A stretch of 63,643 nucleotides of DNA, the filler included, from Rhabdomonas costata (taxonomy: Eukaryota), in assembly GCA_019059605.1 (NCBI GenBank). It is 51 parts of 51 records of this genome, joined end to end, with 100 filler letters (N's around TTAATTAATTAA, not from the genome) between each part and the next. Parts side by side here need not be neighbours in the genome. Positions count along the whole stretch, not along the records: positions 31,253 to 32,402 come from JAHMHO010026171.1; positions 32,503 to 33,652 come from JAHMHO010026172.1; positions 33,753 to 34,902 come from JAHMHO010026173.1; positions 35,003 to 36,152 come from JAHMHO010026174.1; positions 36,253 to 37,397 come from JAHMHO010026175.1; positions 37,498 to 38,647 come from JAHMHO010026176.1; positions 38,748 to 39,897 come from JAHMHO010026177.1; positions 39,998 to 41,147 come from JAHMHO010026178.1; 43 more parts are not named here. One strand, given 5' to 3'. The translations under genes were made by a program, and so were the position numbers. Of this stretch, positions 32,246-43,393 are shown piece by piece. How positions within the stretch are numbered: the stretch's first letter is position 1; each line of letters begins with the position of its first letter. The notes under the pieces are model-generated. The model was given only the letters and a program-made list of their open reading frames with translations. It made no database searches and was not told the origin of the DNA.

Positions 32246-35200
32246 AGTGCCGTTTAGCCTTCCAATTGGCAGAATTAGAGTCCACCGGACCCCTCACCAT
32301 TCAAGATTATGAAATGATAATTATGTTCCTATCCGTGTATTTATCACAGGATCCCAACGCGTTGTTCACGTTCATTCAGCCCCCGATGTGCAAAAACAAC
32401 AANNNNNNNNNNNNNNNNNNNNNNNNNNNNNNNNNNNNNNNNNNNNTTAATTAATTAANNNNNNNNNNNNNNNNNNNNNNNNNNNNNNNNNNNNNNNNNN
32501 NNGGGTTGTGGGCAAGGGTGAAGACGTGCCGCAGGGAAAGCAGCACTGCCAAGGGTGTGGGGGAGAGTGGGGTGTCCACCCACCGCTGCAGCGCCAAGGA
32601 AACCGTCCGGAGCTGAGCCCCAGTGAGCAGCTGCGGCTGCTCAGCCAGAACCTCCTCGATCTCCATTCGGGTTGGCGTGGAAACCCGTCAGCAAAGAAGA
32701 ATATTGGGGGCGCCCTCAGCTCCAGAATAATGTAAATGAAGGTATTTTACATCTAAGAACAATAGAAACCTGCAGAATGTTTGTAGGGCAGTGTGGAAGA
32801 GCGCGGATTCAACAAGAAATCACCAACACAAGGCCGTGGCTAATATTGGCCCTCCAATCCATTTTTCCAGGAAGTAGGATGCTCTACCGTTGATGACCTG
32901 GAAAAAGGAGTCAAAGAAAAGAGCCAAAGTCGAGAAAAATCCCACAAAAATCCGAAAGCACTAAAACAGCTTGAATTTAGTTATGTGGGACCGATCCGTC
33001 ATATTCCTTCGGGCCTTGGGTGTCGCTCGGTGCCGCAACGGCACCAGAGCCCCCACGGCTGCCCAGGGGGGTCACCTCCCCCCGGTAGAGGATACCAACA
33101 ACCCAAAATTGGTCAGGGTTCGAATGCAACTGTCGAGGCGTATAGCAAACTTTAACGTCGGATTTTTTTTTGCAGAGAATCCATTTAATCGAAGATATGC
33201 TTAAAAACCCTTTCACGGACCCTCCCCACTCCACTGCACCCCTCAACAGCGCACCGCGTCCCTCGCCCAGAGCCGCGGAGGCCTGGCCCCTCAATTAAAC
33301 TCTTGGTCTCCTGGACTGCATTTTCCCGTCTTTAAATCTTCGTGCACGAACCCAGACCGTCCAGCTCGTTTCCCTCGGTGGCAATTGTTGTCGACCCCCC
33401 CCCCGATGCTGTCCGACAGCAAACACTGCCGGGCTCTAAAACTATTTTTTGAACCACCCTCCCACTCCTCTGCTACCCTTTCCCCAATTCTTTCGCTCTC
33501 TCTCTCTCTCTCTCTGCTTCTCTGCTTCTCTGTTTCGTGGACTATTGGACAATGAACACCTGTGGAGAGCATTTGCTATCGAATTTTCATTCACGGATGT
33601 CACTCGGTAGCAAATGCTCTCCACAGGTGTTCATTGTCCAATAGTCCACAAANNNNNNNNNNNNNNNNNNNNNNNNNNNNNNNNNNNNNNNNNNNNTTAA
33701 TTAATTAANNNNNNNNNNNNNNNNNNNNNNNNNNNNNNNNNNNNNNNNNNNNTTTGTGTTGGTTTTTCCGAATGCTTTACGGTTAACAAAAAATTACTCT
33801 TGCACCACATGCCAGCCTTTGTGTAAAATACAATACAATTCCACATGGCTGCAAAATTCAGGCGCCTTTGGCGAGGGATACCAAGTGGCAGAAGACCTCT
33901 TTTTCATATGTGTGCGAAAGAAAAAAGGCAGGGAGCATCGAGACCATATAATCAGAGTGCTGAAGACGATGGTGCTTATATCGGGTCTGGGGACTCGGAT
34001 GCATTCAGTTGCTCCTCCCGGCGTGACTGCTGGTGAAATCTTAATTTAGATTTCGGTAAATCCGAACACGTGCCCGTGCGAGTGGCAAAACCAAAACTCA
34101 GTTTAGGGTCAACGCATGGGGGGGGGGACATGCACACTTCCACACGACAATGTCCTCGGCAAGAGTGGTGGACAGGCGCTTCACCGCATTTGCGGTAGAC
34201 GGAGTCGTGGCGGCGGAGGACTGCGAATTGATTGCAACCACATGCAATGAAGCTACCGCTCTTCTCTCCACTCCGGTTCCGCTCCCAACTCGCTCCCAAT
34301 CTTGAAGGTGCGTCGGGCAGTGTCACGCACAGACTTTCAGCAAATATGAGTTGAAGCACAATACGCGGAGTGATAAATCTTAAGGTTGTTTACTTGCCCT
34401 TCTTTTTTCCTGTTCCTTTTTCGCTTTGGCTAATTTCCAATGTCAACATCAACCCCAACCCCATAACTGAACGCAAATCACTCCACTCGAGCCCGATTTT
34501 ATCATCGATCTGAACACCTAACGCTGCACATCCTCGAAATAATTGTAAATGAGTGCAAATGTGAGCTTCAAGATACAAAGACTCAGTACTTCAGCAGAGA
34601 GCCAATTTTACCACTAAAATATCAAACAATCCAATAGTTCAAACACTCCCCTGCGGTCAATTCAAATACCAACGCCAGTACTCTCATCCTTAACCAAAAC
34701 TTTTACTATTCCTACCCAGGCTTAACTTCAGCTTCGCTTTGGCATCACATCAGCTTTGCATCAGGCTTCACATGATGCGCTGATCACTTTCCCCATCCAA
34801 AGTTCACATCGAGTCAACATGCCCGAACTTCCATGGTGTTTGTCAGTCGGCCTTCCTATGGCCCATGCGGACAAAATGTCTAAACTTAGTATAAAAAAAC
34901 ACNNNNNNNNNNNNNNNNNNNNNNNNNNNNNNNNNNNNNNNNNNNNTTAATTAATTAANNNNNNNNNNNNNNNNNNNNNNNNNNNNNNNNNNNNNNNNNN
35001 NNTGTTGGGGTGGGGGATCGGCATAGGTTGCTCAACTTCACACACTGAGGTGATATCGCGTGTAGAAGGTGGGTTAGTCTGTGCGTAGGGTATGTCATGC
35101 TGTTATCATCCGGTGGTGGTCATTGGCAGCGTTCCTCCTTCGCTGGTGGTTATGCATCGAGTGCTAGGCATTGGCTGTCTATCCATCTGTGTGTGATCCT

Positions 35201-35785
35201 ACCGTTGGATTGACGTTGGTGGTGATCATCAGGTGGTCGTGGCGATGTTGGCAACCCAGCGAGGGCCCAACATCCTACACTGTACAAAGGTAGAGGTGTC
35301 ACAACCCTGTAAACCCTTCGTCTGTGTCGTGGTGGTGGTAGTAGTAGTAGCATGGTGTCACATCGTCGCTTCTCACCTTGGTGGTGTTATGGCATCCTCT
35401 CTCCTTGGCATCGGTTGTCCCCTACCGTGTGAGTCCAGTGACTGGGAATGCCGACAGAAGAAAGCACCTGTTAAGTGGAGGAACATGAACAACCGTAGGG
35501 AGTGACTGTGACGACCAAGAGAAGGAACATGAACAGGAGGTGGAGCGCAGCGACACCAAGTGTGAATGTGACCGAGTGAGTGGAAGCGCGCAGCGGTGGA
35601 GTGACGAACAACAGCATTACGAACGAAGTGAGTGGAGCGTAGCGCAACGAACGTAGTGAGAGCGTCGCCGGAGGCGGTCTTCTCTTGGGGCCCCATGACA
35701 TCGGTGTAAGGAGATGACATGGGGTATCAGTATCATCATACACTCACATGTCAGGATGCTCACGTCCTATCTTCATCATCATCAT

Positions 35786-35867
35786 CTATACCTGTCACTC
35801 CTCTCACTCCACCGCCATAAGGCGCCTACGTGAGATCCGTCCGGGCGTAGCCACAGGAAGAAGATAC
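35786..35867 (+). repeat. Second copy of the conserved non-coding core (see 22013-22087)
   Basis: Collinear conserved blocks; weaker similarity continues about 100 bp downstream. Confidence 0.85.
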
Positions 35868-36442
35868 AGTGAGGGTTTCATCTTCAGAGGGCATCACGAA
35901 GGCATGGTCGTAAGGGCATGCCGTAGTAGTATCACATGAAGGGCATGACAGATAGAGGTGAAGAAACCTGGTAGGAGTGGTTGACACACGATACACTAAG
36001 TCAGCACTTGACATCCTGACACCATCCTACACTTCCTACGCACTAGAAACAGAGAGCTAGGTAGATGGAACACAGACAGAAGGAACAGACACAGAAGCGT
36101 GAACCCAGCACTTGAGACACAAACCACCACAGAAGCACTCCACAAAACCCACNNNNNNNNNNNNNNNNNNNNNNNNNNNNNNNNNNNNNNNNNNNNTTAA
36201 TTAATTAANNNNNNNNNNNNNNNNNNNNNNNNNNNNNNNNNNNNNNNNNNNNGGTTTTTGTGGAATCGGGGTGGGGTGGGGTTGAGACCATCCCCCTTTC
36301 GCGGAAACATCAGAATGCATCCACTTCAGAAGCAGAAGGTTATCTATGAGTCGGGGATACCAAGGGGCGGGGAAAAGGTGCGGGCACCCCGGGCAAACCT
36401 AGCCAAACGGAATCTGCCCCCTTTGGGTGCGCGTTCACGCAC

Positions 36443-37394
36443 CTGAGTGGGCTCCTCCTCGCTTCCCTCCAGCCACCACGTGAGCCTCGCGACGGTTTCC
36501 TTGGCTAAGTCCAGCTCCCTCTGTAGCTCCAGCCGCACAGGGGTCTCTGCCGTCAGCTTGCCGTGCTGGCAGGGCCCGAAGGTTACCACTTTGCCGCAGT
36601 CCTCCTCCGAGGTATTGGCCACGGACCGAACCTGACTCATCTCCGCCGCTGAGGCCTTGCTCTTCTATCACCCCGAAAAAGAATTGTTCTGAAGCCCCGT
36701 TCCAAAAACCAGCCTCACAAACTCATACCATCATGATGCTGGCACCACACCGGGCAAAGGGAGTTATGAAACAGGGAAATAGATGCGAGCTGAAACCTAG
36801 AAAATACAGCACCGAATTTTTATGGCAGCCCACCGAAAACCCGATGTGTCCAGTGTGCCTGTTTCGCTGCGGGTTTTGGTGCGGGATACAGAATTAAGGA
36901 CAGGCATGGTGGAACCGCACCCCCACCAACCAAGCCGCCGAGCTGCATCCCTGGCTCTGCCTGTCCCTTGGATTCGTTAGCTGGGATGCGGGAAAAACTT
37001 TCTTTGTGATAAGCTCAAATTAAACTCAAAAATGCGATATGGCATGATACAGCAAGAAGCGGCAACGAAAACCCATGACGCAGTGCAATACGACAAAATA
37101 TCACATGATGCAAAACGACACCAAACGGAAGGGGTTGATACAGCCGGATATGAAAGGGCAACACCACAAAAGAAAGGAAACAGATACCTTCCCGCATTTC
37201 TGGCACTTGCAGCTCCGACTGAGAATGTCCTGGGCGAACTCGAACATCTCTGGAAGGTTCCGGAAAACCGCCAGGTGCAGCAGAGTGTGCTTGGAAGAGT
37301 CCTTGCTGCGGCTGCAGGCGCCCTTGGCGAGAAGCAGCTCCGCCATCTCGCGGTTGTCCAGCCCCACGGCGAAGAACAAGGGGTGCTCCCCCAA
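36443..37394 (-). CDS. Ankyrin-repeat protein, TRPV-like ankyrin region, partial; exons 37394-37188 and 36664-36443
   Basis: GEHPLFFAVGLDNREMAELLLAKGA...KDSSKHTLLHLAV resembles TRPV ankyrin repeats (GEHPLSFA...GA....D....TVLH). The second exon joins in frame but is unrecognised. Confidence 0.7.
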
Positions 37395-37826
37395 CCCNNN
37401 NNNNNNNNNNNNNNNNNNNNNNNNNNNNNNNNNNNNNNNNNTTAATTAATTAANNNNNNNNNNNNNNNNNNNNNNNNNNNNNNNNNNNNNNNNNNNNTGT
37501 TGGGGGTAATCCTCACTAGGAAACCAATGATAAGCACGGTGCCCAGGTGTAAGAAACCTCGAAGAATAGGAAATACTCACTCTGTTCTATTTGGTGGAGA
37601 TATGTTCCCTATGACCGACGACTAAGCCAAACCAGCCCTGGGGGCTGTTTGATACACAGAAACCTCCTCCCAACGCGGCACTACGTGCGCGGTCCTTAAC
37701 ATTCTCAAGTAAGCCAGGAAGCATACACTTTCGCTCTTTTGGATCGTGTGCTGCTCGTTTCCGAGCCACAGCGGAGTGCTTGTCCACGACCAACCACAGC
37801 GTTGCAGCGACGGGGCACGGGCATAC

Positions 37827-38333
37827 CTCTGGTGGCTCGCCCTCGCAGTCGCTGTTGTTTCCATCGGAGGCCTCATCCTCCGTGGGGTCCATCTGCAATG
37901 CATCGAAAAGGCTGCCCACCTCTCGCAGGATCACCACAGCCGCCTCCGACTGAGCGAAAAGACAACAGAACAGAAAATTCACGGCCCGTGTGCGTGTGTA
38001 TGCCATAAAAGAGGCCAAGAGCAGAGCACGTGGCTACGCCGGTGGGTTCGAGCGGGAAGCCATCGAAGACCGCCCTGCAGTGGAGAGTGTAAGTGAGGTG
38101 AAAGCAGTGAACTTTGGGTTGAGCAGCTGAATGATCTAATCTCTTACCAGAGTGGCTGGCGTTTCGACCTGCAGTGGAGAGGGAGCGAGAGGGAGAAATG
38201 AGAAAAAGGGAGCGAAGGGCAGCCTAGGGCAAGCGGGGACGGAATGTCATACCTTGCTCTTCCTCGTGGAGCGCCTCAGCCTGCGCTCCTGAAGCACAAG
38301 GACCTGGGCGAGAGCCTTTGCAGTGCTGTTGGG
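37827..38333 (-). CDS. Two exons of an unknown protein (38333-38253, 37949-37827)
   Basis: cag|...|gtatga and cag|...|gtatgc boundaries, GC3-rich, in-frame join. Confidence 0.5.
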
Positions 38334-38784
38334 CTGCGGCATACACAAACCGTAGGGGATCCCAACCACACTCACGCGGACTTGGGCTGACGCCAAACGC
38401 CCCGATTACAACCATTGCCTGACTGCGCACTACTTTTGAGGTTAAAAAGCAATCCGGCAAGGCAAAGCTGTTTGGTGGATAGCTCACATACTGACCAATG
38501 CACGCACGTGTGCTCGCAATGCACCCACAAAAATCAGAAAAACGCAGGAGTTGTGCGGATCATTTCAATCACTGTAAACAATGCGCGACCCCATTCACCC
38601 CAAGCACCGGACTCTTTGGAACAGGTTGGGGGGAACGAGGGGGAGGTNNNNNNNNNNNNNNNNNNNNNNNNNNNNNNNNNNNNNNNNNNNNTTAATTAAT
38701 TAANNNNNNNNNNNNNNNNNNNNNNNNNNNNNNNNNNNNNNNNNNNNGTGTTGGTGTGTTTGGGGGTGTGGCGAAGCCGAGTCA

Positions 38785-39897
38785 ATGACTGAAAAGTTGA
38801 AAGTCGCTCTGGAGAAGGCAGAAAAAGATGCATCTGACTGCAAAGCGGCGCGTGACGCGCTGTCCGTTGAACTTGAAGCCGCTGTAAAACAGACCCTGGA
38901 AGAGGTGGAGCAGCACAGGGTCACCCGAGACATGCTCTCAGCAAAGCTCGAAGCCTCTTTGATGAAAGCCGAGGAGGAAGCTCGACAATACAAAGTATCC
39001 CGTGACGAACTTTTGGTAGAGTGGGAAGCAGCGATGGTGAAAGCTGGCGAGGAGATTCTTCAACTTAAGGCGGTTCGGGACTTACTTTCCGCAGAATTGG
39101 AATCTACTCTGCTAACGGCCGAAGTGGAAGCGGAAAAGTGGCAATCTGTTGAAGCTTTTCTTGTGGAAAAACTGAGTGATGCAATGCGTGAAGTTGAAAA
39201 GCTGAATCGGTGCTGTGGCGAGGCCGATTTAGCAAGTGAGGACTTGAAGGCCGCGCTGGAGAAAGCAGAAAAAGATGCATCTGACTGCAAAGCGGCTCGC
39301 GACGCGTTATCCACCAAGCTGGAAGCTGCTGTCAAAATGTCAGAGGAGGAAATGCGGAAGCACAGGGCCGCTCAAGATTCCCTTTCCGCGGAGTTGGAAG
39401 CCGCGTCAGTGAGTGCCGAGGTTGAAGCTGAAAAGCGGAAATCTGTCGAAGCAATGTTCATGGAAAGATTGAGCTCAGCCCTTTGCGATGTGGACAAGCA
39501 AAAAGCTCATCTCGCAGAAGCGCAGCTTCTGATGTCTGCAGAGGTGGAATCAATGCAGAGAAAGCTTTCGGAGGAAGTTGAAAAGCACAGAGCTGCTGAG
39601 ACAATTCTTCAAACGAAATTGGAAGCCCTGTCAATTGCAAGTGCCGAACAGGCGCTGCGCAGCGAGGAGGCCTCTCAGGAGGCGCTTTCCGCTGTCATAG
39701 AAGCAGCTGCTAAGAAGGCACAGGAGGACGCACTACAGCACAAGGCCGTGCAGGACACGCTTTCCGCGAAGCTAGAAGCTGCCTTGAAAATAGCGGGGTC
39801 CTCCACTCCCGTCACCGACACCCGCAAGCCGGAGACCCATTCTTCTTCTTGCTCCAATTGTAAACTGGTAACCTCCGAACTTGAAAGAACCAAAACA
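38785..39897 (+). CDS. Long coiled-coil protein with internal repeats, partial
   Basis: Open for more than 370 codons, E/A/K/L-rich; LKxALEKAEKDASDCKAARDALS occurs twice and an (R/Q)DxLSxxLEA(A) sub-repeat recurs. Confidence 0.85.
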
Positions 39898-40142
39898 NNN
39901 NNNNNNNNNNNNNNNNNNNNNNNNNNNNNNNNNNNNNNNNNTTAATTAATTAANNNNNNNNNNNNNNNNNNNNNNNNNNNNNNNNNNNNNNNNNNNNGTT
40001 GGTTGGTGTCCGATTGCCTCTCCACTTTCCTTTTTCGCAGCAGAGAAACGAAGGCTCTAGGAGAGTAGTATAAACCCGATTCCTTCGTCTTTCAGGAACA
40101 GCTGCTCAATGACAGATCACAGAGAGAACAGCATCCTATGTC

Positions 40143-40204
40143 GTGAGCAACGGGTAGCTCGTTGGCTGACTGTGCCTTTCGGGCGCTCCATTGCTCACAG
40201 AGCA
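40143..40204 (+). ncRNA. Single-hairpin AGA-box (H/ACA-like) pseudouridylation guide RNA, copy 1
   Basis: Basal stem GTGAGCAA/TTGCTCAC, internal pocket, upper stem GCTCG/CGGGC; AGA follows the stem, 14 nt from the top of the pocket. Confidence 0.7.
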
Positions 40205-40482
40205 CGTTTTCCGAACAAGTCCGATTGCACGGCCACTTTCCTGCTTCGCCGAAGAGATAAGGGAGGGAGAATGGAAAGGAAGGATTTTGACGTTGTCTTC
40301 CCGACTCTTCGGTACCGGTTTTTCTGTGCAGTTTTTCTGCCGAGATTTGTGCATGGGGCGAGCTTTTATCGCTTTCTTCCCTTTTTTTTCAATGTTGGTG
40401 AGTCGTGGTTTGCGAGAGAGAGAGTGTGTGTGTGGGGGGGAGGGTGGTTGTAAAGAAACGAGAACTTTTACATTTCTTTGTG

Positions 40483-40544
40483 GTGAGCAACCTTGAACCC
40501 GTGGGCTGATTGTGGCCTCCGGGAGAAGCATTGCTCACAGAGCA
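40483..40544 (+). ncRNA. Single-hairpin AGA-box guide RNA, copy 2
   Basis: Same basal stem plus AGA; upper stem CCCG/CGGG; pocket CCTTGAA / AGAAGCA. Confidence 0.75.
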
Positions 40545-40949
40545 TGAATGTAAGCGAAAGTGCAAATACGGAAATGACAGGCTGATACTTTATGGGTGTT
40601 GTGTGGTTTCCTGTCTGTCGATGGAGCAGAATACTGGCTTAGCAGGAGAGTCCGCTCTGCATATCGGGAGATGTAGGGACCCAAGGAGGGCACATCAGAA
40701 AAAGGAAACACACTGCGGTATGGAAAATCGGACCTCATAAAAAGATCCGAGTAGATTTGTGGCTTGAAGTTGTGGATCACGGATCGCTTTTCTTTCTCGC
40801 GTCCTGTACAAAACCATCTGCGAAGGCATTTACATTTGGAGGTTGAGCAGAGCTGTCCCTTGACTTCCGGGTCTTTTTACGCCAATGTGTTTTCTCTCTC
40901 TCCCTTTTTCTTTTCGTTTGAATCGGGAGCGAACGGAAATCCGCCGCAG

Positions 40950-41012
40950 GTGAGCAGCATTGACCCCCGTGGGCTTCATGTTGCCTTCGAGAGAAGCGCT
41001 GCTCACAGAATG
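40950..41012 (+). ncRNA. Single-hairpin AGA-box guide RNA, copy 3
   Basis: Basal stem GTGAGCAGC/GCTGCTCAC (compensatory A-T to G-C change relative to copies 1 and 2) plus AGA. Confidence 0.7.
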
Positions 41013-43201
41013 TCGTAGGACAAGTATCGCGTCTGGCTTTAGCGAATCCTTGTTTCTCTGCAGCCTGCCTTGTCTCCGGCTGAAATTCGCTGGGCATGGG
41101 AATGCGCAAGCGCAGCACCGAACCACGAACGATTTCCCTGTGTGTGTNNNNNNNNNNNNNNNNNNNNNNNNNNNNNNNNNNNNNNNNNNNNTTAATTAAT
41201 TAANNNNNNNNNNNNNNNNNNNNNNNNNNNNNNNNNNNNNNNNNNNNGGTGGTGGTCATGGCCATTCCTGGTGGAGGTGGGGTTGGCATCCATCGCAATG
41301 GTGGTTGCTGTGGAGCGAGGGGCCTGTGCAAGTTGGGACCGAGCGACATCGTGATGACTGATGCTGGTGGTGTAAGGCCAATACCCCGATGTGGCAGATG
41401 TCCGAAGTGGAGGTCGCCGAGATGCCATGGTGGTGAAATTCCCGCTATGCCGTGATGCTGATGGTAGTGGTAAAATGCCCACTTCTACAGGGATTGGAAG
41501 TGAGAGGGGCAGCGGCCACCAGAGACGCAAATGGCGGTCTACGCGATGCTTCGATGCCCATCGCTACGTCACCTCCCGTTCACGGTATTCGCTACGGATA
41601 CGCCAAGGTCGGAAGGAAAGGTATCGACTGCAGTGACACGAATAGAAGATGCTGGTCGTTCCGGCCGCTGCGCTCCCACCTACTTCCTACCTCCTACTCC
41701 GCTAAGCTACGACCAAAATCGGCATTCCGATCGCGAGCATACTAATCCTCAAGACCCCATCCCCTAACCCCGCACAGGTTCACTGTCTACCGCCCTTAAT
41801 TCCCACAAAGAGCGTGCAGTGCGTGGGATGACGGAATATTGGTCCTCGTGCAAGGCAGAGATCGGGTATAGTGCAGGTTCTGCCCTCTGATCTGTGATCC
41901 TGCGGTTCCGGAGCGCTGCTGACTGCAATACTCCCCGCATGCCGTTCCATATCTGCCCAACACCCTCCCCAAGTTCCCCCGCCAGAAGAAGCTGCAAAAC
42001 CCAGGCCAACGGCCACGCACGAAAGGCAGCGAGGCGGCAGCGCCCACGTACACGTGCAACGAAAGGCATGACAAGAAGAGCGCCGCGGGAAGGTCTGGCC
42101 ATCGGGCCACACCATCCCAGCAAGAAGACACAGAGACAAGCGAAGACGCGGAGGCCAAACTCACCGCCCTGGCGGGAGCTTCCCCAAACAACGCCTGGTG
42201 TGCAGTTGAAAAGTACAACAAACGCACACACGCATACACACAGACGACTAGACTATGGGCTATGGGCTACAAACCACAAACGCACACCAAGACTTCTGAC
42301 AGCAAAGCTAACGAAGACTCAACATCGTAAACACGTAACAACAAGCTGCAAAACGCCAGAAGTACGGATTGTGAGCTCCCCAACCAACCCACAAACANNN
42401 NNNNNNNNNNNNNNNNNNNNNNNNNNNNNNNNNNNNNNNNNTTAATTAATTAANNNNNNNNNNNNNNNNNNNNNNNNNNNNNNNNNNNNNNNNNNNNGCT
42501 CCTCGGGGATCTTTTTTTTCGCTAGCACGGACAACGGCAGCTTCGAACGTAAGCAACACCACGGGGAGACCATAAACAAAGGAAAGAAAAAAAGAAAAAT
42601 GCAACTGGTAGCTTTTTCTCTCAAAGTGGGACAGCTGCAGACACCTGGAAACACGTGGCAGTCCCATTGCGTAAAACACTCCCATTGCAGAGCCTGCATT
42701 TTTTTTTGACTTGCTGCTTCCATGCCTGACGTGGGGTGGGGCGGGGTGGGGTTATTTTATAGACGTGAAAAAGTGGGTAAAGGATTCAGATAACAAGGAG
42801 ATTTGCTGAAAAAGACAAGCGGAGTGCATCTTTCATCTTGTTCTACCAAAGACACCTGACAAAATCGTCACCGGGCTTGTTCTGGCATGTGCAACGTTGT
42901 TGTTGACCGGTATCATTTTGTAAAATCCGGGACCGAAGAGAGCCCAAGGTTGCCCAATGTCTGGCACTTTGTGGCACAGCGCGTGGGGCCAGGGGAGCGA
43001 CGCGTGGGCCGTGATGGGCTCCTGTTGCACACGCTATGCAGGCTAAGGTGGAGGGAGGAGGACTGTTGGAAGGGCCGGGGGAGATTCCGGAGGTTCACGG
43101 TATGCGTAACCTTCCAATAAAAAAGGGACACCACGTTGTTTGCACTGCACCCCCTTCTTCCTCTTCTCCTCAGTTTCTTCTTGTCCAGTGCCCGCCAAAC
43201 A

Positions 43202-43393
43202 ATGTCTCTGGTTTATGGTGCTGGCTACAGTGGCCTGGGTTACAGCGGGCTTGGGGTGGGCATGCCCACGACCGTGAGCTACGGCGGAGTTGGCCTGGGC
43301 GTGCCCATGATGAGCTACGGCTACGCCATGCCAATGTACGGCTACCACCATCACCATGGCTTCCACCACCACCACCACCATGGTTGGTGGTGA
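43202..43393 (+). CDS. Small 63-aa Gly/Tyr-rich peptide with a poly-His C-terminus
   Basis: MSLVYGAGYSGLGYSGLG...YGYHHHHGFHHHHHHGWW*; biased codons; long pyrimidine tract plus AG 13 nt upstream of the ATG. Confidence 0.75.
   Translation: MSLVYGAGYSGLGYSGLGVGMPTTVSYGGVGLGVPMMSYGYAMPMYGYHHHHGFHHHHHHGWW

Noticed and set aside
33537-33649. ~41-bp-arm inverted repeat
   Set aside because: Contig-terminal perfect copy; probable amplification fold-back.
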